DNA of 64,000 nt, taken from assembly GCA_963727705.1 (NCBI GenBank), contig CAVSHK010000017.1, positions 9,012-73,011 on the forward strand. The letters run 5' to 3'. Below, in pieces: positions 48,544 to 58,269 of this stretch. Made by a program: the position numbers and the translations under genes. A model generated the notes under the pieces. That model had not been told where the DNA came from and did no database searches. It saw only the letters and a program-made list of their open reading frames with translations. The stretch's first letter is position 1, and each line of letters starts with the position of its first letter. This stretch comes from an uncultured Bacteroidota bacterium. Lineage in GTDB: Bacteria > Bacteroidota > Bacteroidia > 2-12-FULL-35-15.

Positions 48544-49818
48544 TTACTGTTTTTTTATTAATTCGCTGCCTATTGCACAACTTAAACATTTTTTATGGTT
48601 ACAATATTCATTCTTTAGCTGCAATAGTGCTTGTGTTGAATACGCTGTTTTTACAGGCATTTTCAATGCTTGCCACTTTTTAATGATGGAATTATTTTCG
48701 CCGGAAATTTGTTCCAGAAACTGCAACGCCCTTTCTACATATTTTTCTTCATTTTTTTGCTTGCCGTAAACAAACAAAAATGGAACAATGGTATTGATAA
48801 TAATGTTATTAATAGCTTCATCGCCCAAATGTTTGGTCTTTTTGGATGACGCTTTATCAAACACATAATGCGTTTGCCAGTATCCCGAAACATCAGTATT
48901 CATAAATCCTTTCAATGATTCTAAATTATCTGTTTCTATAATTTTTGAAAATAAATGTGACGACCGATGAATTAAACTGGCAAACTGAGCAATACGTATT
49001 GTAGGAAAATTAACAGGGCGGAGACGGAGAAACTTCCACAAATGTTCGTCAACAGGAATTAATTTGAATTTTTGTTGCAAATAAACATATTCGTTTTGCA
49101 AATTGGTTAAATACTGGTCTTTTAAATGTTCATTCAACAAACCTGATTGCCCGAATAACAATGCTTCAATTTGAAACAAACTATTTTTATGTTTGGCTAG
49201 AATAAGCGAAGGTAATGATTTAGCAAGTAATTCAAATGGTTCGGCATTTATGTTGAAACCAAAATTACGAGCCAACTGTTTGTAAAAAGTTTCTTCCAAA
49301 TTATTGCTATTTAATTTTAAGTTGTTGATAATTGAAATTGATTTTCGTTCTAAACGTTCCAGCAAAAGTTTATCAATTGTATTGTTAATGGTAAGTGAAG
49401 ACGCCAACGTGATTTGTTTTTCGCAAGGAATCCAATCTTTACTTTCCTTGAAGTTTAAATACTTTTGGTAAATTTTTTTATCAATTTTATCCTTTAGCTC
49501 AAGGGTTGGAATTTCTTCGCCTGACAATCTACGAACGATAGTATCGGCATTAAATACCACATGTAATATCACATTGTTATAAGCCACATCATTCTGATGC
49601 CCATGTTTGTTCCAATCATTCGCATTTACATGAACTTCAACATTACCCGCCCATTTAGTAGTTCCTATTTTTAATTGAGCATTAAAAAAATCAGGACCCG
49701 CATCGGTATTCAATACTCCTGATTTCAATACCTCTATCCCCTCCCCTTTTGTAGTTGTTAAATTAACAGTATTAAACAATTTTAATTTCCAGATATACAG
49801 CAAAAACTCTTCGGTCAT
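48544..49818 (-). CDS. DUF2851 family protein
   Basis: 424 aa. The N-terminus EEFLLYIWKLKLF...NTDAGPDFFNAQLKIG.TKWAGNVEVHV..DW..HGH is the pattern I associate with DUF2851. Confidence 0.6.
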   Translation of the reverse strand: MTEEFLLYIWKLKLFNTVNLTTTKGEGIEVLKSGVLNTDAGPDFFNAQLKIGTTKWAGNVEVHVNANDWNKHGHQNDVAYNNVILHVVFNADTIVRRLSGEEIPTLELKDKIDKKIYQKYLNFKESKDWIPCEKQITLASSLTINNTIDKLLLERLERKSISIINNLKLNSNNLEETFYKQLARNFGFNINAEPFELLAKSLPSLILAKHKNSLFQIEALLFGQSGLLNEHLKDQYLTNLQNEYVYLQQKFKLIPVDEHLWKFLRLRPVNFPTIRIAQFASLIHRSSHLFSKIIETDNLESLKGFMNTDVSGYWQTHYVFDKASSKKTKHLGDEAINNIIINTIVPFLFVYGKQKNEEKYVERALQFLEQISGENNSIIKKWQALKMPVKTAYSTQALLQLKNEYCNHKKCLSCAIGSELIKKQ

Positions 49819-50050
49819 ATGGGTATTTTTTAATTGAAAGCGAATTTAAAAAATAGATTTAAAGTCTTTTAAAATTGTTGAAAATTTATAGACTCTTTTA
49901 GCTCCAAGAAGCTCCTCCGAATGAACAGATAACTATGTCCATTCAAACAATATAGAAATATGTTGGATTTAAATTTTAAAACACTTGAAAATTACATTGT
50001 TTTAAAAACAGATAAACAAAATAACAAAGCATTTTAATCATAAAACTTAA

Positions 50051-50058
50051 TATATTTG
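50051..50058 (+). promoter_or_regulatory. -7 box TATATTTG upstream of the amino acid permease gene
   Basis: Exact motif match, 42 nt upstream of ATG 50101. Confidence 0.45.
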
Positions 50059-50100
50059 AACCTCGTAGATTTATTCATCGTATCCTATACACATTCAATT

Positions 50101-51585
50101 ATGGCAAATCTTTGGGCAAAAAAATCAATCATCCAAATTCAGAAAGACAATTTAGAAGATAATGGTGGTTTAAAACGAACACTTGGACCTGTTTCACTTG
50201 TTGCGTTGGGCATTGGAGCCATTATAGGTGCCGGATTGTTTTCCATTACAGGTACAGCTGCTGCTAATAATGCAGGACCAGCTGTTACCATTTCATTTGT
50301 AATTGCTGCTTTAGCCTGTGGTTTTGCGGGTTTATGTTATGCTGAGTTCGCCTCCATGATACCTGTTGCAGGAAGTGCATACACTTATTCATATGCAACA
50401 ATGGGTGAGTTTATAGCCTGGATAATAGGTTGGGATTTAGTACTAGAGTACGCAGTAGCTGCCGCAATGGTGTCCATCAGCTGGTCAAGATATTTTGTGA
50501 AATTTTTAGGATATTTTGGTATTCATTTGCCAGCCACCTATACCCTTTCGCCTTTTGATACCGCAACCTTAGCAGATGGCACTATTGTTCAGGGAATGAT
50601 TAACATTCCTGCCGTTGTCATTGTAATATTGATGTCCTTATTGCTGGTAAAAGGCACCAAGGAATCGGCAATGGTAAACGGAATTATCGTTGCATTGAAG
50701 GTGATAGTGGTTTTAACATTTATAATTTTAGGCTGGGGATATATTGATACAGCAAACTATACCCCTTACATTCCTGAAAACACAGGAACATTTGGAGACT
50801 TCGGTTGGAGTGGAGTTGTAAGAGCTGCAGGAATTATATTTTTCGCATATATTGGTTTTGATGCTGTATCAACCGCTGCGCAGGAAGCAAAAAATCCAAA
50901 ACGTGACATGCCAATAGGAATACTGGTTTCGTTGGCTATCTGCACTGTGTTGTATTTGTTATTTGCTCATGTAATGACAGGAGTTACCAGTTACAAGAGT
51001 TTTCAGGGCGCAGATGGTATCGCTCCTGTTGCAGTTGCCATCGACCATATGGGAGCTACGGGTGCCGATGGTGTATTAGTACCGGCATACCCATGGCTAA
51101 ATAAAACTATTATCCTTGCTATTTTGGCTGGTTACTCATCTGTAATTATGGTAATGCTAATGGGACAATCTCGTGTATTTTATTCTATGAGCAAAGATGG
51201 TTTGTTACCAAAAGTTTTTTCAGATGTACATCCAAGATTTGGCACGCTGGCAAAATCCAACTTATTATTTATGGTATTCGTAAGTTTGTTTGCAGCCTTT
51301 GTTCCTGCTCACGTTGTGGGTGAAATGACCAGCATCGGTACTTTATTAGCCTTTGTGCTTGTATGCGCCGGCGTAATGGTATTGCGTAAAACACAACCCA
51401 ACTTACCTCGTTCATTTAAAACACCCTTAGTTCCTTTGGTTCCAATTTTGGGAATTATTTCATGTGTACTAATGATGGCTGCATTACCCGGAGATACATG
51501 GATGCGACTAATCATTTGGTTGGGTATAGGGTTTATTGTTTATTTTTTTTATGGAATAAAAAACAGCAAATTGAATAATAAATAA
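50101..51585 (+). CDS. Amino acid permease (APC superfamily, cationic amino acid transporter-like)
   Basis: About 494 aa from ATG 50101, with about 12-14 TM helices and GAGLFSITG plus FAYIGFDAVSTAAQEAKNP motifs. Confidence 0.85.
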   Translation: MANLWAKKSIIQIQKDNLEDNGGLKRTLGPVSLVALGIGAIIGAGLFSITGTAAANNAGPAVTISFVIAALACGFAGLCYAEFASMIPVAGSAYTYSYATMGEFIAWIIGWDLVLEYAVAAAMVSISWSRYFVKFLGYFGIHLPATYTLSPFDTATLADGTIVQGMINIPAVVIVILMSLLLVKGTKESAMVNGIIVALKVIVVLTFIILGWGYIDTANYTPYIPENTGTFGDFGWSGVVRAAGIIFFAYIGFDAVSTAAQEAKNPKRDMPIGILVSLAICTVLYLLFAHVMTGVTSYKSFQGADGIAPVAVAIDHMGATGADGVLVPAYPWLNKTIILAILAGYSSVIMVMLMGQSRVFYSMSKDGLLPKVFSDVHPRFGTLAKSNLLFMVFVSLFAAFVPAHVVGEMTSIGTLLAFVLVCAGVMVLRKTQPNLPRSFKTPLVPLVPILGIISCVLMMAALPGDTWMRLIIWLGIGFIVYFFYGIKNSKLNNK

Positions 51586-51638
51586 TCCTTAAACGGATAT
51601 TTTCAAGTCCTTCTTTATTGTATTCCATAGCTGTTTGT

Positions 51639-52559
51639 ATGAAACAATTTGTCCGAAATTATTTTACATTTAACAAACGTGAACGAAATGGAATAGTTGT
51701 TTTACTTTGTATCATAGTACTTCAACTTTTATATTTAACTTTTTCTGATAAATTTCTCACCTCAGAAACTGTAGATTTTATTGCCTTTAAAAGCGAGATA
51801 GAAAAAACAAAAAAAGTATCATTAAAAGAAAAAGCAACCACTAATTATAATGAGGATACATTAGTTGCCAATAAATCAGCTTTAAATACTAGCACCTCAA
51901 AAACTGTTTATTTCAAATTTGATCCTAATGATTTATCAGCAAAAGATTGGCAACGATTAGGACTTTCTGATAAACAAATACAAGTGATAAAAAATTACGA
52001 AGCAAAGGGTGGAAAATTTTATAGGAAAGAAGATGTTAAAAAAATGTATTGCATTTCACCTAAACAATATGAAGAATTAGTTGCTTACATTGACATTCCT
52101 GCAATTGCACCTAAAAAGGTTACTCCTCTGGCAATCAACACAAAAATAAAAACTCATAACTCAACTATAATTGACATTAACACAGCCGATTCAATTCAGC
52201 TTTTGCAATTGAAGGGGGTGGGTCCTTTTTATGCAAAAAATATAATTAAGCTACGAAACTCATTAGGAGGGTTTATCAACAAAAATCAATTGTTAGAATT
52301 ATGGAAATTTGATGAAGAAAAATTAAAACAAATAGAAGAATACATAACCATTGATTTGAACAAAATAAAAAAAAGAAACATTAACACATTAACAGCAAAA
52401 GAACTAAAACATCCTTATTTAAGTTGGAATCAGACGAATGCTATTGTCAATTATAAAAACAAACACGGTAACTATCACACCGTTGATGAAATAAAAAAAA
52501 CGGATGTGATTGATGAAAAAACATATTTAAAAATTTCACCTTACTTAACAATTGAGTAA
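51639..52559 (+). CDS. Helix-hairpin-helix DNA-binding protein (ComEA-like), N-terminal TM anchor
   Basis: From ATG 51639 there is one TM helix, then two HhH-containing modules (INTADSIQLLQLKGVGPFYAKNII; INTLTAKELKHPYLSWNQTNAIV). Confidence 0.65.
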   Translation: MKQFVRNYFTFNKRERNGIVVLLCIIVLQLLYLTFSDKFLTSETVDFIAFKSEIEKTKKVSLKEKATTNYNEDTLVANKSALNTSTSKTVYFKFDPNDLSAKDWQRLGLSDKQIQVIKNYEAKGGKFYRKEDVKKMYCISPKQYEELVAYIDIPAIAPKKVTPLAINTKIKTHNSTIIDINTADSIQLLQLKGVGPFYAKNIIKLRNSLGGFINKNQLLELWKFDEEKLKQIEEYITIDLNKIKKRNINTLTAKELKHPYLSWNQTNAIVNYKNKHGNYHTVDEIKKTDVIDEKTYLKISPYLTIE

Positions 52560-52563
52560 TAAA

Positions 52564-53091
52564 ATGTTAGAGCAAAAAATAAAAAATATCATTCGCGATG
52601 TACCTGATTTTCCAAAGAAAGGTATATTGTTTAAAGATATTACTCCCGTTTTTCAAAATCAACAAGTATGCAGTGAGATAATAGAAGCCTTTGAAAAATC
52701 AATATTCAATAAAGAGATTGATGCCATTATTGGTGTAGAAAGCAGAGGATTTTTGTTTGGCTTTGCATTGGCAAACAAGTTAAATGTTCCTTTTTTAATG
52801 GCCCGAAAAGCGGGTAAATTGCCATACAACACCATTTCATATGAATATGAATTGGAGTACGGTAATGCTAAAATGGAAATGCAATTGAACGATATTAAAC
52901 CTGGCTGGAATGTATTAATACATGATGATTTATTGGCAACAGGAGGAACAGCCGAAGCTGTAGCTGAATTAATTCAAATGCAAAAAGGCAAAGTTGCAGG
53001 TTTTGCTTTTTTAATTGAGTTGACATTTCTAAATGGGAAAGACAAATTGAAAAAGTACAATGCAAACATATTGAGTTTAGCAAATTTATAG
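52564..53091 (+). CDS. apt: Adenine phosphoribosyltransferase
   Basis: IRDVPDFPKKGILFKDITP and the PRPP motif VLIHDDLLATGGT are present. ATG 52564 is preferred. Confidence 0.92.
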   Translation: MLEQKIKNIIRDVPDFPKKGILFKDITPVFQNQQVCSEIIEAFEKSIFNKEIDAIIGVESRGFLFGFALANKLNVPFLMARKAGKLPYNTISYEYELEYGNAKMEMQLNDIKPGWNVLIHDDLLATGGTAEAVAELIQMQKGKVAGFAFLIELTFLNGKDKLKKYNANILSLANL

Positions 53092-53163
53092 TTATTACAA
53101 CATTACGCGAGTTTCCTGTCGTTCTTTATTTACATATAATGAACTTGTGATATAATTAAAGTT

Positions 53164-53171
53164 TATCTTTG
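53164..53171 (+). promoter_or_regulatory. -7 box TATCTTTG upstream of the SPOR-domain gene
   Basis: Exact motif match, 22 nt upstream of ATG 53194. Confidence 0.5.
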
Positions 53172-53193
53172 CGAACCATACAATACTTCTACT

Positions 53194-53946
53194 ATGATAA
53201 ATAGGTTTTTAATTTTAGTTCTGATTTTTTATTCCCGCATCAGCTATTCTCAAACGCTGAGTGCCGAATTAGAAATGCCTCAAACAGTTGAGATTGGCAG
53301 CGATTTTATTGTAAAAATTACAGTTACAAAAAGTAACATTAATGGTTTTATGAAATATTATCAAAAGCTACCTGCCAATTATACAGCAAGTGTTGTTGAT
53401 GCTCAGGGAGGTTCGTTTATCTTCAAAGACAGTATTGTCAAAATTATTTGGCTTTCACCTCCACCGGAAGATGTATATTCATTTTCATACAAGTTGAAGG
53501 TACCGGAGAATGCAAAAAACGAAGAACCATTTGTTGCCTCTATTGATTATACGGTAGACTTAAAATCTGAATCTTTTACTTTTTCTGATAAATTTATACG
53601 ATTAAACCAACCAGTAGCTGAAAACGTTGTTATAGAAAAAACTGAAGAAAACCAGCCGCCAGCAACACCCGTGGAAGAAAAATCAATTGATGCTGTACCA
53701 CCTATCGCAACTCAAACAGAAAACGTTACTTATGCAGTTCAAATAGGAGCTTTTTCCTCTCAACCTAAAATGATAAGTGTAAAAGAATTAAAAATGATTA
53801 AATTTAATAATGGAGTAACGAAGTACTTTTCAGGTAATTTCAAAACACGTGCAGAAGCTGAAAAAAGAAGAGATGAACTAAAAGCCGGAGGGCATTTTCA
53901 GGATGCCTTTATCGTTAAATTACAAGATGGAAAAATTGCTCAGTAA
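53194..53946 (+). CDS. SPOR domain-containing protein with N-terminal beta-sandwich-like domain
   Basis: 250 aa with a signal peptide. The C-terminus YAVQIGAFSS....FKTRAEAEKRRDELKAGGHFQDAFIV is SPOR-like. Confidence 0.6.
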   Translation: MINRFLILVLIFYSRISYSQTLSAELEMPQTVEIGSDFIVKITVTKSNINGFMKYYQKLPANYTASVVDAQGGSFIFKDSIVKIIWLSPPPEDVYSFSYKLKVPENAKNEEPFVASIDYTVDLKSESFTFSDKFIRLNQPVAENVVIEKTEENQPPATPVEEKSIDAVPPIATQTENVTYAVQIGAFSSQPKMISVKELKMIKFNNGVTKYFSGNFKTRAEAEKRRDELKAGGHFQDAFIVKLQDGKIAQ

Positions 53947-54048
53947 TATCATACTTTCAGCAACATCATAATTTTTAATTTAGGGCATTGACATTTCAAA
54001 CAATTACATTAATAACAGAACTTCCTCTCTGTTCTTCAATTTAAACTA

Positions 54049-54987
54049 TTAAAGTTCACAAATTTTTAACCATTCAAACATTTTATCAAAAGCGTAATTA
54101 CGTGCTGGTTCTTTTGATAAGAATACATCATGCATTGCATCTTTTACTTCAAGCAATTTAACTTTACTTCCTAATTTCGGACCTATTTGTTTCATGTGTT
54201 CTACATTTAAAATAATATCTGCTGTATCAACACCTGTACTGTTTTTCTTAGGAAGAAATGATTTTGAAGAGTGCATTAGCAAGACCGGCACTTGAATATT
54301 AGAACTTGCTTTCAATTTGTCCTGATTATCAATAATATTTTTAAGCCAAATAAAATAGGCCGGAAATCCTAAAACAGGTTTCCAGTTCAAATTAAAATCC
54401 CATTCTCCATTATAATTCTTATGAATGCTTTTTACATATGCTTCAGGCATATGCTTTTGAGCGATCGCATAAGGAGGTAACAATTTCATCAACCATTTGT
54501 GTACAAACTTTAGTCCGTCCAATTCTATTTTAGGAGTGTTCATTTCTAAAAACGGAGAGTTTAAAATTAAACCACTTACCAAGTTCTTTTCTGCTCCATC
54601 ATTGGCATATCTACTCACAATCAATCCTCCGGTAGAATGTCCTAATAAAATAACTTTTTGTCCTGATGTTTTACAAACCTCTTTTATCGAATATGAAATT
54701 TCTTCATTGTATTCATCCAACGATTTGCAATAATGGGCGTGTTGGTGAGGTAGTAATGAACGTCCGCATTTTCTTAAATCCAAGGCATAAAAATCAAAAC
54801 CATTGTCATTAAATTTTTTTGCTACGTGTGGATGAAAAAAATAATCCACAAACCCATGTATGTATAACACGCTCTTTCTATTGCCGGTATTGGCTTTTGA
54901 TTTTATGAGTGTGGCAATAACTTTCCCTTCATAATCGTCTTTTAAAGGGATAATTTCTAAATTAAAATTGGTGTCGATTGCTTCCAT
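54049..54987 (-). CDS. Alpha/beta hydrolase (lysophospholipase/monoacylglycerol-lipase-like)
   Basis: 312 aa with an HG oxyanion motif (YIHGF) and the nucleophile elbow GHSTGG. Confidence 0.8.
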   Translation of the reverse strand: MEAIDTNFNLEIIPLKDDYEGKVIATLIKSKANTGNRKSVLYIHGFVDYFFHPHVAKKFNDNGFDFYALDLRKCGRSLLPHQHAHYCKSLDEYNEEISYSIKEVCKTSGQKVILLGHSTGGLIVSRYANDGAEKNLVSGLILNSPFLEMNTPKIELDGLKFVHKWLMKLLPPYAIAQKHMPEAYVKSIHKNYNGEWDFNLNWKPVLGFPAYFIWLKNIIDNQDKLKASSNIQVPVLLMHSSKSFLPKKNSTGVDTADIILNVEHMKQIGPKLGSKVKLLEVKDAMHDVFLSKEPARNYAFDKMFEWLKICEL

Positions 54988-55001
54988 AATAAATTTGTTT
55001 T

Positions 55002-55043
55002 AAGTAAAAAACCCTTTGCCATGTAAACTTCAGCAAAGGGTTT
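55002..55043 (-). terminator. Rho-independent terminator after the 180-aa membrane protein gene
   Basis: An 11-bp perfect stem, AAACCCTTTGC / GCAAAGGGTTT, followed by a T run on the minus strand. Confidence 0.7.
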
Positions 55044-55071
55044 AAGTGTGTTATTGAACTATTTTAAATTT

Positions 55072-55614
55072 TTATTTCACTTTAGCGAAAGCCGGAATTT
55101 TACTTTGTGCCAAATAAAATGAACCAAATAAAACCGTATTATAAAATAAATCGCCAAGCATTGTTGCTCTAAAAAAAGGTAAGCCGGCAACGTAAGCCGC
55201 ATTTAATCCTGTAATGCCAAATTGAAAACCTGTTGCAGTCCAATATCCAAAGTTGGTAATCATGAAAAATAAAACTGAAGATATGAATGAACCTGCAATA
55301 ACCGATTTAATGGTTATGTTGTTTTTAATAACCAAACCAATAACTGTGGTTAATGCAAATGCAGCATACACATAAACGATTGTATTATGAAAACCCCACC
55401 CGAACATTAACTGTAAAGCCAAATCACTTACAAACATTGACAATAAAGGAATGATAAAAGCAAGACGTTTATTAGTAATGTACGCACCTCCGAACAATGC
55501 CATTGCTGCAATAGGAGTAAAATTATCTATATGAGGTAATAAACGACTTATGGCAGCTATAAAAACTGCTGATGAAACAAAAATGAATTGAGGAGTAAAT
55601 AGTTTAGATTTCAT
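55072..55614 (-). CDS. Polytopic membrane protein, unknown function (DUF6580-like)
   Basis: 180 aa with five or six TM helices and its own TAnnTTTG box and terminator. Confidence 0.5.
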   Translation of the reverse strand: MKSKLFTPQFIFVSSAVFIAAISRLLPHIDNFTPIAAMALFGGAYITNKRLAFIIPLLSMFVSDLALQLMFGWGFHNTIVYVYAAFALTTVIGLVIKNNITIKSVIAGSFISSVLFFMITNFGYWTATGFQFGITGLNAAYVAGLPFFRATMLGDLFYNTVLFGSFYLAQSKIPAFAKVK

Positions 55615-55635
55615 AGTTTCTTTATTTTATCAAAA

Positions 55636-55643
55636 CAAAAATA
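55636..55643 (-). promoter_or_regulatory. -7 box TATTTTTG upstream of the 180-aa membrane protein gene
   Basis: Exact motif match, 21 nt upstream of ATG 55614. Confidence 0.45.
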
Positions 55644-55675
55644 GTTCTTTTATTTTAAAATAGTAGCAACAATTT

Positions 55676-57304
55676 TCAGGTTTGAATAACACCAACATTA
55701 TATGCTTTGGTAATAGGAGCATTATTTGCCATTTCAATTCCCATCGAAATCCATTTACGTGTATCTAAAGGATGTATGATGGCGTCCATCCATAAACGAG
55801 CGGCAGCATAATACGGTGTGGTTTGACTATCATATCTGTTTTTAGTTTTGTTGTACAGCTCAGCTTCTTTTTCTGGAGTAATAACTTCACCTTTGGCTTT
55901 TAATGATGCAACTTCTATTTGCACCAACACCTTTGCTGCTTGTGAACCGCCCATCACTGCCATTTGAGCGGTAGGCCAACCAACAATCAAACGAGGGTCA
56001 AAGGCTTTACCACACATGGCGTAATTGCCGGCCCCAAATGAATTACCAATAATAACAGTAAATTTGGGTACAACTGAGTTTGCCATAGCATTTACCATTT
56101 TGGCTCCATCTTTAATAATTCCGCCATGTTCGGAACGAGAACCAACCATAAATCCTGTAACATCTTGCAAAAACACTAGTGGTATTTTCTTTTGATTGCA
56201 ATTCATAATAAAGCGAGCTGCTTTATCGGCACTATCACTATAAATTACACCGCCAAACTGCATTTCACCTTTTTTACTCTTTACCACTTTTCGCTGATTA
56301 GCAACAATACCAATACTCCAACCGTCAATGCGCGCTAAGCCGCAAATAATACTTTGTCCGAAACCCTCCTTATATTCTTCAAAGTCCGAACTATCCACTA
56401 ACCGTGCAATTACTTCATACATGTCGTATTGCTTGTCGTGAGCGTCGGGAATAATACCTAAAATTTCTTTCGCATCTTTTTTAGGAGCAGCAGCAGCAGC
56501 ACGATTAAAACCTGCCTTGTCAAAGTCGCCAATTTTGCTCATGATATTACGAATGCGTGTAAGACAATCCTTATCGTCCTTACATTTATAATCGGTAACT
56601 CCCGATATTTCGCAATGTGTGGTTGCGCCTCCCAATGTCTCATTATCAATAGTTTCGCCAATAGCGGCTTTTACAAGATAGGAGCCGGCAAGAAATATAC
56701 TGCCCGTTTTATCCACTATCATAGCTTCGTCGCTCATAATAGGAAGGTAAGCTCCTCCTGCTACACAACTGCCCATTACTGCCGATATTTGCAAAATGCC
56801 CATGCTTGACATTACTGCATTATTCCTGAAAATTCTACCGAAGTGTTCTTTATCCGGAAATATTTCATCCTGCATAGGTAAATACACGCCTGCACTATCA
56901 ACCAAATAAATAATAGGCAAACGGTTTTCCATGGATATTTCCTGAGCTCTCAGATTTTTTTTCCCCGTAATGGGAAACCATGCTCCTGCTTTTACTGTAG
57001 CATCGTTGGCAACAATAATACATTGCCTTGCACTTACATAACCAATCACAATTACAACTCCTCCTGCAGGACAACCACCATGTTCGGCATACATATCTTC
57101 ACCTGCAAAAGCACCTATTTCAATAGTTTTAGAATCTTTATCAATTAAAAAATCAATGCGCTCACGGGCACTCATTTTACCTTGTTCGTGTAGTTTTTCT
57201 ATTCTACTTTTTCCACCCCCGTGATAAATTTTATTTAACTTTTGTTCCATTGCTGAAATCAGCAACTTCATGTGGTCTTCATTTTTGTTGAATTCTATAT
57301 CCAT
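55676..57304 (-). CDS. Acyl-CoA carboxylase carboxyltransferase (beta) subunit, methylcrotonyl-/propionyl-CoA carboxylase type
   Basis: About 542 aa from ATG 57304 (MDIEFNKNEDHM...GGGKSRIEKLHEQGKMSARERIDFL). Two carboxyltransferase lobes are present (GGAYLP; AMCG). Confidence 0.88.
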   Translation of the reverse strand: MDIEFNKNEDHMKLLISAMEQKLNKIYHGGGKSRIEKLHEQGKMSARERIDFLIDKDSKTIEIGAFAGEDMYAEHGGCPAGGVVIVIGYVSARQCIIVANDATVKAGAWFPITGKKNLRAQEISMENRLPIIYLVDSAGVYLPMQDEIFPDKEHFGRIFRNNAVMSSMGILQISAVMGSCVAGGAYLPIMSDEAMIVDKTGSIFLAGSYLVKAAIGETIDNETLGGATTHCEISGVTDYKCKDDKDCLTRIRNIMSKIGDFDKAGFNRAAAAAPKKDAKEILGIIPDAHDKQYDMYEVIARLVDSSDFEEYKEGFGQSIICGLARIDGWSIGIVANQRKVVKSKKGEMQFGGVIYSDSADKAARFIMNCNQKKIPLVFLQDVTGFMVGSRSEHGGIIKDGAKMVNAMANSVVPKFTVIIGNSFGAGNYAMCGKAFDPRLIVGWPTAQMAVMGGSQAAKVLVQIEVASLKAKGEVITPEKEAELYNKTKNRYDSQTTPYYAAARLWMDAIIHPLDTRKWISMGIEMANNAPITKAYNVGVIQT

Positions 57305-57326
57305 TTTTAAATTGAAAATTTGAAAG

Positions 57327-57342
57327 TTGATAAATTTATCAA
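57327..57342. promoter_or_regulatory. Perfect 16-bp palindrome TTGATAAATTTATCAA (candidate operator) in the carboxylase leader
   Basis: The sequence equals its own reverse complement. It lies 22 nt upstream of ATG 57304 and downstream of the predicted -7 box. Confidence 0.45.
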
Positions 57343-57372
57343 TACAATTCACTCATTACCGAAAAAGTTTTT

Positions 57373-57380
57373 CAAAGTTA
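57373..57380 (-). promoter_or_regulatory. -7 box TAACTTTG upstream of the acyl-CoA carboxylase beta gene
   Basis: Exact motif match, 68 nt upstream of ATG 57304. The 16-bp palindrome lies between the motif and the ATG. Confidence 0.4.
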
Positions 57381-57444
57381 AACTAATGTTCGGAACTACC
57401 TATATATCCATATAATAGTTACCCTCTTTAATTTTAAAACCTAC

Positions 57445-58062
57445 TTAAATAAACTCTTTAGCTCTTGAACCTTGATTGAATAATAAGTCCACAATGCTTA
57501 AGTTTCCAATAAATCCAAACTTAACCTCAAATACTTGAGAATAGGGTTTTAAAGAAAAATGGTTATCCGCACTTAAAGGTTCTTTTGGTGCTAGAATAAG
57601 CCGATAATCATCCGAATCTTCGTAATTTGCCTGATAGCTTTCTGTAAAATGGTAGTTAGGTTTAATTTTTAACAGGCAAAGAATTACTTGTTGCAATTCC
57701 TCATTCAGATCAAACAGGTAGTCGAATTTTTTATCTTCATAAAATGGTCGGAAATCATCTTCGAAATATTCAAAAAATGGAGAACGTCTGTATGCTGACT
57801 CTAAACTCCTCCAATGGAGCCTTCTCCAATCATAGTCATAAGAAATTTTTATTTCTTTAACGGTTTGACGATGGTTGCCTTTTACCAATGGAATACTTAA
57901 TGTTTGAAGTCCGTTAGGTGAATAAATGTTGCATCGGCTGCGATAGCTTTGTTTTATAAAATGTTCCTGATGCTCTATAAAAACACTATTATACATTATC
58001 AATTTTGAATAATATTGAATAGGTGCAAGGTAGGAAACAGGCAAAATAGCAGTTGAATTCAT
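57445..58062 (-). CDS. WbqC family protein
   Basis: 205 aa. LPVSYLAPIQYY...QSYRSRCNIYSPNGLQTLSIPL is the WbqC-like pattern. Confidence 0.7.
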   Translation of the reverse strand: MNSTAILPVSYLAPIQYYSKLIMYNSVFIEHQEHFIKQSYRSRCNIYSPNGLQTLSIPLVKGNHRQTVKEIKISYDYDWRRLHWRSLESAYRRSPFFEYFEDDFRPFYEDKKFDYLFDLNEELQQVILCLLKIKPNYHFTESYQANYEDSDDYRLILAPKEPLSADNHFSLKPYSQVFEVKFGFIGNLSIVDLLFNQGSRAKEFI

Positions 58063-58220
58063 AGCAGTTGCGAAGGTATAAATTATGTTTAAACGATTAG
58101 TTTTAAATTAATAATTATGAAGACCGATTATAATAATCCATTAAAATATAAAAATTTATTTACCAATAAATCATAGTTTTTAACCATTGATTATATATTG
58201 TTTATTAAAAATATATAACC

Positions 58221-58228
58221 TAAGTTTG
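58221..58228 (+). promoter_or_regulatory. -7 box TAAGTTTG upstream of the T9SS cargo gene
   Basis: Exact motif match, 41 nt upstream of ATG 58270. A TTG lies 20 nt upstream of the box, where a -33 element would be expected. Confidence 0.5.
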
Positions 58229-58269
58229 CCAACCTTGGAATATATATTAAACAATAAATAAATTAAACA

